Below are positions 25,413 to 37,329 of a stretch of 64,000 nucleotides of DNA, one piece after another. The notes under the pieces are model-generated. The model ran no database searches. It was not told the origin of the DNA and was given only the letters and a program-made list of their open reading frames with translations. The DNA comes from Neodothiora populina (taxonomy: Eukaryota). Location of the stretch: positions 62,001 to 126,000 of the forward strand of contig NW_027191419.1 in assembly GCF_041146345.1 (NCBI RefSeq), written 5' to 3'. Position numbers and translations under genes: made by a program. Positions within the stretch are counted from its first letter, which is position 1; each line of letters starts with the position of its first letter.

Positions 25413-25724
25413 ATGATGCTGATGTTGATTGTATTGCTGCTGCTGTTGGTATTGTGACTGGTGCTGTGAGGGAGAGGCGTGGTTGCGATGGTGACTGCTG
25501 TTGCTGTTCACGGGACCAGCGTAGTTTCCTCCTCTTCCTCTGCGCCTGTCGCCTCTTCCACCTCCACCTGCGCCTCCGCCGGCGCCACCTCCCGGTCCAT
25601 CATACCGCTGGTTCTGCTGAGCCAGATTCAACGACTCCGGCCTGTGAGGAGAGGGCCTGCCTTGTCCGTCATCTTGAGAGAAGGTGCGATCGTTTCTCTT
25701 TCTCTTCCCAGGGCCTGGCGGCAT
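17949..25724 (-). CDS. THO2: THO complex subunit 2; probable 54-nt intron at 20688-20741
   Basis: YRQANFNLLREESEGYSKL, LVGSFDLDVGRVLDITLD, QMESYDNLIDVVVECVRYF, YMHMRNAIIVL. Long low-complexity P/R/G-rich C-terminus and an N-terminal poly-Gln. Confidence 0.95.
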
Positions 25725-26477
25725 TTTCTTGCTTGGGTTTTTAGGTTTGGCGCGAGGCCGTGGTCAGTCGCGACTCGAAGCGTGTCATCCAACGTGTCTT
25801 CATTCGACAGCTGCCAGATCCAATAGCAAGCAGATGGTTGAAGGCCAGTGATGGATGGTTGTTTCACGAAGATGCAAGAGTCACGCTTGTGTCAGTGGGC
25901 GTTGGTGTTGAGCTTTTACTGTTGGCACCAGAAAATAAAGTGAGTCCGGCTTCCTTGTTTCTGGACCTCAGCACATGCGAATGGAAGAGTTTTGTCACTT
26001 CAGGTGCTATTGTTATTATTGTTATTGGCGACAGTAATCACATTCATTCATTGGATTCAGTCATTCACGAGTCCATTCGAGCTTCATCTAATCTGCCGAC
26101 AATGACCCGCTCCATCATCATCGTTTACATATCAGGTGTACAGCACGAACCATCGGTTCGATGGCTTGTGAATGCCCCGCTATGCATACCAACGCGACAA
26201 GAAGTTGCTCCAAGATAGATTACAATTTCAGCTATATGAGGCTACAAGAATAAGATAGACGTCGCATCGTGAGCCGTGTCTTGTCGCTGGACAAATCATT
26301 CGCTACCCCCATGTCCTATGTGCTTCCTATTAACGAATCGACAACATCATAACAAAACGCCGTGAATGATCAGTCTCTGGTGTAGGCTAAAAAGGCAATA
26401 CTAGCAGGCTCTGGGGGGGGGGGGAATCCATTTGTCCTTGTGATAAGCAGAAACAGGACGGAAAAGAAAAGCTCTTC

Positions 26478-27365
26478 TCACGCCAGACCCGTGGCGCCGC
26501 CCACAGTACCCTTGAGCGTCCCGGTCGTCGTTCCCACTTTGCCCTGGACACCGTCCAAGTTGGCCTGCTTGGCAGCGCCGTTCAGTCCTGCTTGGTCGGT
26601 GACGGTGTCAATATTGGCGTTCTTCTTGATAGTTTCCGCGTGCTTGCCGACGTCTGCATTCTTCTTCATGCCTGAGGAGCCTCCAGCTCCGTTGGTGTTG
26701 CCGTTCGCGGAGCCATTGAGCTTCTTCGGAGCCGACTTCTCCTTGTGACCTTCCTTCTCCGAGCCCGAGGACGGCTGCTTGCCGACGTCACCGTTCTTCT
26801 CCGCCTCGCGAGCAGGGCCCATGATGAAACCGAGACGCCCGCCGGTGAGTGAGTTGAGCTTGTCGCCCAGTGCGGCGCCTTCTGGGGCGGGTGATTCGCC
26901 CTTGTTGAGCCACTTGAGGAGGTAGTAGCCGCCGAGGCCCCACAGGAAGAAGAAGGAAGCGGCGAGGGTGGTGAAGAAGACGGTGGGAAAGAGGACGAAC
27001 AGCGCAACACAGACGGCGAACAGGGTGAAGCCTACGGCGACCAGGAGACCGACGATCAGGGCGACGACGATGGCGAAGATGAGGACGGTGACGGTGAAGA
27101 GAATGAAGAGGAACAGTGGCGGACCGGTCAAGACGAAGTTTGTCAGGAGGAAAGCCTTGGGGTTGGTGGTCAGTAATCAACAAGCAGCAGCTAGATTTTG
27201 TTTCGACAAACTCACTGATAGCTTGGGGTTTCGGATGGCGAATTGCTGCAGCTTTGCCAGCAACTCTGATCGTTTCTCTGGTGGAAAGACACTGTCGATG
27301 AGAGCTTTGCCTTTGGAGGCAACGAGGTTGCCGATGCCCTCGATTTTGCCCAAGACGGCAGACAT
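26478..27365 (-). CDS. Promethin/LDAF1-like lipid-droplet membrane protein; exons 27365-27216, 27155-26478
   Basis: DSVFPPEKR...RNPKLS|AFLLTNFVLTGPPLFLF followed by a ~70-aa continuous hydrophobic segment ending FFLWG. Intron 27156-27215 (GTGAGT..TACTGAC..AAG). Family call is from motif recall. Confidence 0.75.
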
Positions 27366-28075
27366 GTTTGGACGGGTAGTCGATCAAGCCGACGCTGTCT
27401 GGGTTTGGGGTGGACAAGGACAAAGGGGAAAGGAGAAAGACTCGTCGAGGCGATGTCTAGTAAGAACAATAGCAAGGCGTGTTCAGAGAAAAGAGTTTAC
27501 AGGGGTTGTTCAAAGGTAGTCTGTTTCTTGCAAGGGCTGGATTGGGGAAAGGCAGGAAGAAGACTACAGGTACCTGAGAGATGGAGGTGGATGCAACAAA
27601 TTACCGGGTCATGATCGTACAGTGACGATGCACAATACCTGAAGCGAGATTGAACGTAAGGCAGTACAAGATCCCCGTGCTTCTTGCTTATAGATGACAA
27701 GACAATCTGATACTTAGCATCTCATCTCAGTGGGGGCGGCCTACAATGCTGGACTCTCTGTGTACAAGTATTTGCGAGATGGTGGAGTCTGGGAGCAAAT
27801 CTTGGAAGGAAGCTGGGAAAGATGCAACCAATGACGTAGTCTTGTCGGCGCCTGCCCCGCGCAAACTTCAGATCATCAGCATCTGACTGAACCAGCAAGA
27901 GCAAAGACTTGGCATGTTGTGCATGCACAAGTTGAAGCAAACGCTGCAAACAGCCTCTATACCAATTCCATCTCAAACCCTGAAATCAATTATTTTTCGA
28001 GCTTCACATGTCAGCATATCGGAAATCAAACACCGACCGCACACCTCTGTTTCTTTCCGACACAAACGAAACGCA

Positions 28076-29539
28076 ATGGCAGTCAAGGACAACAAGAGAA
28101 AAAGAGACGAGGGCCACGAGGCAAGACGCAGCAAAAAGACGGAGTCCTCAGCACCCATCAAAGTCCACTTTCCCGCATTGAAAGACGAATTACATCCCAT
28201 CGTCGGTGAGTCTTGTTGGTCTCTGTTTGGCAATTGAGACGGAAAAGTCGGAAAAGAGAAGAAGAAATAACCAAACACGCACTCAGCCTCGTCTCCCGGC
28301 CTCAACATCCCCTCGACCACCTTCAAGACCTACAGCAAACCCACCATGACGACATGCTCGAATCACTCAGACACGCCGACTCCGTCCTCACATTCTCTCC
28401 TCCTCCACTCCTCGGCACATGCCCGACTGGACTACACGGCGCAGCAAGAAGCCTCCGGCACGAGATCCGACTACATAGCCGTCTACGACGAGGCGACCTC
28501 GACGCTGCAAGTCCTGCCCGCCCATCCTCTGACGCTCCGCACAAGCCTGCGCTCCGAGACGCAAGACGTCGCCGCCCAGAATGCCGCCCGCACCTTCGCC
28601 CGGCAGCGTGAGGAGCTAGGCATGGCCTTCGGCACGAAAAAGGCCCGCAAGGCGCTCAACGCGCGCTACGAGAACGCCATCACCACGGGCGCCGACAGGG
28701 ACAAGGTCGCCGGCAAACTCGATGCCGTCGAGGCCGCAGTCATGGCTTCCGTTGACGAGGCATCCGCCGCCATGCCTGAGAGACAAGAACTGCAGGACTC
28801 GATCCTCGCGAGCAAACCCATCCCGCGTCCCAACCTGCACGCCCAGAAGATCGAGGACGCCTACCCTCTTTCTGTGCTCGTGCCCAGCGGCGAGATGCGC
28901 GCTCTGGCGGTCAAGGACTGGCAGGACGCCGTCGAGGCCAACGAAGACGTCAAGACGAGCAGCCGCTTCGTGGCGAACCGCCTGCGCAGCATCGTCAAGA
29001 GCGAAGACGTCGCCAAGCTCAAAGCCCTGCGATATCTATTGCTGCTGCTCGACTTCTACAACTCGCTGCAGCCGTCGCGCGGCGGCAAAAAAGTGCCCAT
29101 CAAGGACAAGCTCAAGGCCAAAATGCCCGAGTGGTCCGACGCCCTCATCGACGCCGCACGACGCCGATTCGCCGACAACAACGAGCTCAACAAGTGGCAC
29201 TTGGACAACATCACCACCCACATGGCCGCCGTTTCGCTGTACATTGACAACTGGCGCACCGACACGTTTGACCTGCGCGAAGACTTGCGCCTCGAGAACA
29301 AACAGTGAGCCCCTCTTTCCTCTCTCCAAGAATCACAGAAACTGACAAGAAAAAAAAAATACAGAATGTCGCAATACTTTCTCGAACTAGGCTGCAGAGT
29401 AGCGGCGCCGACAGAGCGCGAACAGACGGAGCTCAAAATGCCCTCGGGGTCCAAGGCCATCGTGGCCACGCGCAGAGTCGCCAAACTCAAACTGCCGCTT
29501 GAGTTTCCCAAGACCAGGAATCCGCCTAGAAGGAGGTAG
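28076..29539 (+). CDS. RPA49: RNA polymerase I subunit A49-like; exons 28076-28205, 28287-29304, 29365-29539
   Basis: LLLHSSAHARLDY, YIAVYD, REELGMAFGTKKARK, IPRPNL..A..IEDAYPL, QYFLELGC, AKLKLPLEFP. Introns 28206-28286 and 29305-29364 restore frame. Confidence 0.92.
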
Positions 29540-30255
29540 TTTTCCTTTGTTTCTTTCTTTTCGCTTTGTCCTTGATCCTACATCTTCCCAAATGGCAGCG
29601 GGTGGGTTTTTCCGTCCAAGCCGTGAGACGAGTGAGGTTTATCAGGCAGTCGGAAATCCAATACATCGATTCCTTGATCCTGTCTACATGTACCGCTCCG
29701 TATGTCTATCTTTCACAAGTGCATGCATGTATATCATTCGCAACATTCAGGAAAAGTAAAAGGACGGAGATAGAGGAGAGACGTGTGAAAATGGAAGAGG
29801 GGCCGCTCTTTCCTAAAAGGATTTCACAGTAGCTGTTCAGTGCAAACAGCAGAAGGGGAAAGAGCACACTCACTCCCTCTCAAGCGTCTGAAAGGATAAG
29901 AACAGAAATAAAAGGTCCGGTAATGGTGGATATCAGGTAGATTCAGAAAACCCAAGAAATACTTTCATGTAATGTGACTTAGCTAGCTATATGCTTTTTA
30001 GTTGCTCTTCTTTCCTGTATCTATACCCTCCCATCATCATCATTGCTAGGTAGCCACTACGGGGGTCGATGAACCTGGTAGTAGGTGAATACAGCAGGTG
30101 AGGTAGATAGACAACAACAACAACAACAACCACTGTCAAAAGCCAAGAGATCGATAAGGAGAAAAGGCTTGTCCCCAAGCATCATGCTATTTCTCTTCTT
30201 CATTCTTTGAGATATTCGAATTGCAGATAGGATGCAAATAAGATGGGAAACAAAA

Positions 30256-32952
30256 TCACACTTCTGCGGCCTCGGCTTCGGGTCCATCGACCATGGCGTC
30301 TCCGTTGCCGTTCCCATTGTCCGTCGCAGCAGCAGCAGCAGCAGCAGCGCTCTCCTCGCCCCTCCTCCGGGACTCCTCGGCCAGTTTATCCGCAGCCTCG
30401 ACGGCAGCCTCGCCACACACGGCTTCCTCGACAGCGGCTCGGCGACCGAAGACGCCCGCCCATCTCTTGCCCCACGCCTGCACGAGGTCTTGCTCGACAG
30501 ACTCGCCGTCGGATCTCTCGACCATTTCGTCCGCCGATGCGTTCTTGACGCCCTCGACGACATCGAGAATGTGCGCAAAGAGGTCGCGCATCGCTTGGCG
30601 TTCGCGCGCAAGTGTCTCGTCGAGCGGGTTCGGCTCCTCGGGCGACGATGGGCCGGCCAGCACGATGTCGTTTCTGGCCTTGACGATCTGGCGCATGCGG
30701 TTCGACACTTTGTTCATGGTCAGGGTGACCATCTCGTAGATTTTGGCATCTGCGAGGGCGCGGCCGTGGTTGACGTTGTCGTTCAGTGTCCAGTGCACCA
30801 CGCTCTCGGGAGTAATGATGGTGTAGTTCAATAGCTTGTCGATAATGTTGACGGCGGTGCCCGGGTGGTACTCCCAGTAGGAAATGACCGAAGAGATAAT
30901 CTGGCGGCGGGCGGCTTCGGATTGGGGACCGATGGCCAAGAGACGCTCCTTGCAGCGCTCGATACACGAAAGAACGTGACTGAGCGATTTGCTACCAATG
31001 TGGAGAATGCCGGTCACGTATGCGTCCGTGGACTGAACAAGAGGGTCCTCGACGCCCTGTTCGCGGGCCATCTCTTCTATCTGATCCATGACTTTCTGGA
31101 TCTCCTCCTCGGGGGCCTTCTTGCGCAAAAGCTGGTAGATCTCCTTTCCCTGGGCGGCGTAAGGAGTGGCCTCGTCGAGGAACTTGAGGTCAGGGGCGTC
31201 CTTGACCTTGCCCTCGGGGATCAGAGGAGCGTACTCGGCGGGCAGAGTCTCGCGGATGCGCTTTGCAAAAGACAAACGGATCTCCTTGTCGAGTGCGCCA
31301 ATGATAAAGGCCTTCTTCGGGGTGAGATCGGAGGTGTCGACTTGATCGGTCCACTCGGTCCACTTCCATCTGAACTCAAAATTACTCAGGTGATGGGCGA
31401 ACCAGTCCATGTATCTGTATGCCAGCTCCATGTCCATGACATCGATGTTCTTGAAGAGGAAACGAATCGCTCGTCCCAGACTGGGGGCAACGGCGGCGGG
31501 AGCGATCTTGCAGGCCTCGGTGATGACAGAGTGGTAGTAGACGAGCTTGTGCTCGGGTGTAGGCAGAGTGAAGACTTGGCTGAAGATGGCGTCGATGACG
31601 ACATCCTCAGGCTTCCAGGTGGAGCGGCCTTCGGGGACGTCTCGCAGCTTGTCAAAGGCGGTGGCGCGCTTGACAAAGGTGCCCTCGGCCCAGTAGCAGT
31701 CGATGTCGATGAGGAACTTGGCAGCGGCGTTGCGGTTGAAGTCGAGAATGTTGATTGTGTCAATGACAGCGTCGCGGATGAGGGAAGAGGCAATGTCGGA
31801 GGTGGGAGGGACGGACTCGATGTCCTGGTCGGCAAAGAGGGAAAAGTAAAGCTCAGGGAACAGAGGCTTGGGACCGGGGACGACGACGGCGGGAACAGTC
31901 AGGGAAGGCGGGAAAGGGTGTTTTTGCGACGTCTTCTGCTCGTCATCGTCGTCGTCGGCGCCGTCCATGTTGGCGTCTGGAGTGTTGAAGAGTCGGGAGA
32001 TGCAGGCGAGTTTCCAGCCATTGCTGGCCTCTGCCTGGAGCTGAGACTGCAGCACGCGCAGGAAACTGCCACATGTCACGGGCTTCTGGTTCTCGCCGCC
32101 GTCAAGGGCAGGGTATGGGTCCACGAGAGCCTCGAGGGCATGTGGGGTCGAGGCAACGATGTCCGTCTTCTCCAGCAGCTCGCCAACTCTCTGATCCAAT
32201 CCGGTAGCCGAAGACGAGAGGGCGTAGGGGATGGTGAGCAGGATGATCTTGACCAGTTCCAGACCCAGCGTGTCCTCGGCGGATGCAGTCTGCAGGTCGA
32301 CGGCGCGGCCGAAGAGTTCGTCGAGCAGGGGAAAGATGCCGTCGTCGCTGTAGAGAGGAGAGAGACAGGCCAGGAAGCGCAGAATAAGCTTGACGATCCT
32401 CCAGTTGCCAGTGTCGATGTGTTGTTGGCAGAAGTCGGCGCTGCGCTTGACGATCTCGGCGGCGACTGCGGGCTTGTGGTTGTTTGCGTGCATGACGACC
32501 GCTGCGACGTAGGGGATCTTGAAGGGTTGTTCGCTGAGCAGGGCCAGGGTCACGTCGCAGTAGACCTCCTTGACGTAGTTGTCTTCCCAGTTCTCATACG
32601 CCAGCTTGGCAATCTCGCGGACCTCGTCTTCGGGGTTGCGCATGGGAGACTCGGCAATGGCGTTGAGTTGTTTTCTTAGTCTTGTGCCTGGCGGCGGCTC
32701 TTCGTAGCGTCTGCGTTGGTGTTGGTGCTGCGGTCTGCTGTCGCGACGGCCCTCGAAGTCATCGTCCTCTGCAAGACATCTCGAGTCAGTATAGAACTAG
32801 AACCAGAAGAATCCAGAAGGATACTGGTCTTCACCTCTGAATCTCCTCTTGCGATTGAATCCTCCTCCACCTCCTCCACGATGACCACCTCCCCCTCGTT
32901 CTCTGTCGCCGTGAGGGCGGTCTTCGCGGTGTCCACGGTCGTGATCAGCCAT
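30256..32952 (-). CDS. STO1: Nuclear cap-binding complex large subunit (CBP80/NCBP1); exons 32952-32835, 32768-30256; alternative in-frame starts at 33039 and up to 33504
   Basis: N-terminal NLS NRKRRFR, EQPFKIPYVAA, LPTPEHKLVYYHSVITEAC, DWFAHHLSNFEFRWKWTEW, KEIRLSFAKRIRETLP, GSKSLSH. Intron 32769-32834. Confidence 0.95.
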
Positions 32953-34381
32953 ATCGTCTGCTGCTGGAGGACGACGAGAGTTTGTCGATGTCGATGATGA
33001 AGATGCAAAAGAAGACGATGGTTGTGGCAGATCGGTCATGGTATTATTGTTGTTTCCGAGAACATAATTGTCGGCGTCTGTCGAGTGCCAAGCCCGTCCT
33101 GCTCTTGCTCTTGCCGTCGCTCTCGCTCTTTTCTGTGTCTGCATCGATGCCAAGCCTCGAGGTCTAGAGCTGTTTCTGCTTCTGCTTCTGCCTCTGCTGT
33201 CAGTGTCTTCTCCTGCGCAGCCAGCTTGTGTCAATGCATCCATGAGTTCGCCCATCTCTATGCACTCGTTGATCTCTGTCCGTCCAGTCATGTCAACTGT
33301 ACCCACGGCACCAAGGTCTCTGGCAGTCTTGTTTCTGTCGTTCCCGTTGCCGCCGCAGAATTGCTGCACAACTTCGCCTTCTTCGATCTGCATTTCCGTG
33401 AATTCTCGCCTGCCCTGCTGCCATGTCGCTTCGGGGACACTGGTCACCCTGTCCAGGATCATGCTGACTTCATCTACCATCGTCATGTCTTCGTGTATGC
33501 CCATGTTGACCTCTTGAATGGATGTTTGTCTCTATACTAGCTGCTTCTTCTTCTTCTTCTTCTTTTGGCCCCGGTATGTGACTCTTGTGAACATATGGTA
33601 TAGATGTGGAAGCTATATCACAAGACATACGAGATAGTGTTCCTCGTGCTCATCGTACTGTGGTCGGATAATAGCAACCAACCTCTTGGTAAAGAAAGTG
33701 AACAAGAAGTCTTGACTGAACCCCCCATCTGAGAAATCATAAAAGCAAGAAACGACATTGCCCATACTCAAATGAATGAGCGCCGTAGTGAACCCCTTCC
33801 TGAGCCTTTTCTCCATGGCTGACCAGCAATAAGTGAAGACAATAGTGCCTTGTCTCATCACAGTTCGAAGAGAACGAACATGACTGAAAAGACAACCCTA
33901 GATCGCCTGACATAGACAAATAGTAAATATAGTGTGAATTGATACCTCATATCACAGAGCCCCCACACATACCATCCGTCTGTCTACTACCTGACCTACC
34001 GAACATGTCCTCAGTCAGTCACTCGTCTCTTGCCCCTTTTCCTTCTCGCAACCCTCATCACACGCGAGACTGAACGACTCTCCTCACGTGGTGACAACAA
34101 CCTCACGCACACACGTCAGGGAAAGACCAAGTCATGTACCTCAGTCAGGCCCTGCAACAAAGCATCATCGTCATCATGGTCAAGGCAAGAGACAAAAGAT
34201 CAAGCAGTGAGAAAAAAAAAAGAATTGACAGAGGAAGAAAAAATTGAAGAAAAAAGGCAAAAAGGGGGGCGGCGCTACCACCCCGCTCAGGTCCATTCAC
34301 ATCGTCCAAAGGTACATGCATGCAATAACACAACCTCTCCACACCCTCCTTCCCGCGACGATAAGAAATGATGCCCAAGCA

Positions 34382-34420
34382 TACACACACTCACACGCAC
34401 ACACACACACCCATACACAC
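34382..34420. repeat. Imperfect (CA)n microsatellite downstream of GSK3
   Basis: Read directly (tacacacactcacacgcacacacacacacccatacacac). Confidence 0.8.
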
Positions 34421-35046
34421 GTAGACGTGCGCGCGTCCTGAACGCATGCTGCAATCCTCCTGCCTGCACGAGCTCACAGAGGTCCTCCTCCCTTGCTTGT
34501 TTGTTTCCCTTTCCCAAATCATCCAAATAAACTGAAAGAATTTTGCATGCTTTCGCCCGTAATCGTTCCTCTGGTATCACTCATCCCCGTCGACCACATT
34601 AACATACTCGCCCCACAAGAAGACTTCGCAGTCGAGACAGGGACCATCCCACTTGCTCAGCCCGCCCTGCGGTTCGCCCTTTTTCTTCCTTTTCTCAAGC
34701 CCCCCGAGATTGCGCAAAGAAAAGATGAAGGATGGCCCTCCGTGGACCCCGCTTCTTCATCCTTCTTCTTGCCTCCCTCTCGAAAATCCCGACATAACAA
34801 AAAAAAGGTCTTTTCTTTCGTCGTGGCCCTCATCATGGCTAATTTGACGCCGGTTGTAAACAGAGATAAGTGGTTTCATGACTTCCCCGCCAAATGCGTT
34901 CGAGTCCCTCTGGTCTATGTCGAGAAGCAGCAGCAGCAGCAACAGCCCGACCTAAGACTCAAAACATTGTAATGCATCGCTAAACTCAAGCTTCATCATG
35001 CCGTTGGGAAAGGTGGATGACACGTGCCGGCCGTGCGGGGTCTTTC

Positions 35047-36891
35047 TTAGTCCAATCGGGCAATCATTTCCTCTTTGGGCATGGGAGTGAAGTTGTCGAT
35101 ATCGATCCCTTGTGCTAGCAGGGTTGGGCGGACATGTGGCGGGACCAGGCGGTGGTTGAGATGAGGGGCGATGGAGAGTTCTAAGATGCTCGTCAGTGGT
35201 CGGTTTCCTCTTCAATTATATATATTGAGACATACCGTGACGGGTGAAAGTGAAGAGCTCGGGCAAGTCCTTGGGGGCTCCTCCTTGGTGACGAGAATCG
35301 GGGAACTTGGTGTTCGGATCGCGGAGCTCGTCGAAGAATGGGTGGACCATGGCGTCGATTGCGGAAAGTCTCTGCGTCGGCGTGTACTCCAGAAGCTTGG
35401 AGATGAGGTCAATAGCGCTTGGATCTGCCTTGCGGAAGACCTAGTCAAAGAGAATTAGAGATCGATACACAAATGTAGACCTTGGGCGATTTCGTACCTT
35501 GTTGAACGGATGAGGCTTGATCTGAGGGAATTTGTGCTCCATGTAGTTGGGGTTCATGGTTCGGATCTGGTCACGTGTAGGTGTTCCCAAGACCTTGATG
35601 ATTTCGACCAATTGATCAATGCCGGACTCGCCAGGGAATAGAGGTTGACCAAGCATGAGTTCGGCCATGACACAGCCCGTCGACCATACATCTGTGTAGT
35701 ATCGTTAGCTCGACCCGTCAGGAACAACAATTAAACCAGGAGCATGACAAGGCAAGACGTCGGAAGATGCTTGCACAAGTAGCAGTAGCGGTAGCAGAAG
35801 CAGCGGCGTCCATCTATAAATGGTTGCGATTCGCCAAACTGCCAGTCTGCCCGACATAGTCGAAGGCGTGGGAGGACGGATACGCACCAATCTTTGTTGT
35901 GTAATTTGTCGCACCGAAGATGAGTTCTGGAGCACGGTAATATCTACTGCAGATGTAGGAGACGTTGGGTTCGTTCTCGATGAGGATTTTGGCGCTTCCG
36001 AAATCACAGAGCTTTAGAATGCCACTGTTGGGATCGAGGAGGAGGTTTTGCGGCTTGATGTCGCGGTGGCAGATGCCCTGGGAGTGAATGTATGCCAGTG
36101 AGCGAAACAGCTGGTAGATGTAGAGCTTGATCTCGAGGATTGGCATGGTGATCTTCATCTTGCTGAAGAAGCGCGAGGCTCGATAGACGGTCTCGGGGAC
36201 GAACTCGAGCACAAGATTCAGATAAACCTCATCCTTCTTTGGAGGATGTGTTAGTGACGCCATCCATTGTGCGCCTAGGGGCTCTTTGCTTACGCGCTCG
36301 CCGTTGGAATAATAGAAGGCCTTGAGCTCGACGATGTTAGGGTGTCGGACGATCCTCATAATTTGCAACTCGCGGTTCTGGTATCGCACGTGTCAGTCGA
36401 GGTTTGGAGAGGCAAGTAACAGAATCAAGTCAATAAAATCACACAGGCGCATCGAAAGTCCAGATAGACTCCAGATGTACGCAGAGTCAGAAGCCATTGG
36501 ATAGTCCTACCTTGAAGCGCTTGTCTTGAAGCACACGCTTGATGGCAGCGTCTTCGCCGCTTGGTGAGAGCTTGGTCTGGAAAACGACACCAAAGGAGCC
36601 ATTGCCGACCACCTTGCACTGGGTATACTGCATCTCTTTTGTCTCTCCAGTGAGCCCATCCTGGACCTTTTCGCGAATGACTTCTGTACGTCGAGAATGA
36701 CCACATCAGTAACAAAACCCCCAAGAGTGTACGTGAACCAGGCGTCTCGGATGCAATGGGCGAAAACAGCACGAAGAGTGTAAAGAAGCGAACAGAAAGA
36801 GCAAGGAAAGAACGAGGGCATGTGGGATGATGAATTGAGACTGACCGCCCATGCGTAAGCTTCCAAAGGCTGAGGGCCTGTTTGACGACAT
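35047..36891 (-). CDS. GSK3: Glycogen synthase kinase 3; 7 exons 36891-36846, 36683-36511, 36377-36294, 36236-35888, 35691-35498, 35440-35236, 35180-35047
   Basis: [90 protein letters not shown]. All six introns have canonical donors and keep frame. Confidence 0.97.
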
Positions 36892-37292
36892 GATTGCGGT
36901 TGGTGTCCAATCGATATGTCGTGCGCAATATTTAAAGGGAAATTGTCACCAGGCTGGATGATTTGTCTATGAACAGTGAAATTCAAAGAGAGGTAATCAC
37001 TCTCAGAACGGTAGATGGAGGGGAGAGGGGAGGTGCTGGGTGAGGAGACGATGAACGGCTATGGGATGGTGTGCGGAGTCCCTATGTCCACGAGATGGGG
37101 CTTGGCAGGCCGCCGAAATGAACCAGAGCGCGAGATGAGGGGTGAGTGTGGATGATGACTTTTGCAAAATCACGCGGCGAAGGATGAAGGAAAGGAACGC
37201 TGCGCCGACAGAGAGAGGAAAGGGGGGTCAAGGGGAGTGAGTTTGAACAAAAGTAGGAGATGGGGGAAGCGGCGGTGGTGATGATAGTGGGA

Positions 37293-37329
37293 GGTGGTGG
37301 TGGTGGTGGTGGTGGAGGTGGTGGTGGTG
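37293..37329. repeat. Imperfect (GGT)n / (ACC)n microsatellite in GSK3 upstream leader
   Basis: Read directly. Confidence 0.9.

Noticed and set aside
30865..32679. 604-aa + strand ORF
   Set aside because: Exactly antisense to CBP80, explained by strong C/G third-position bias. Non-ATG start and no recognisable domain.
35692..36845. Stwintron or intronic snoRNA in the longer GSK3 introns
   Set aside because: No internal donor/branch/acceptor set that reconstitutes a second intron, and no convincing C/D or H/ACA box pairs.
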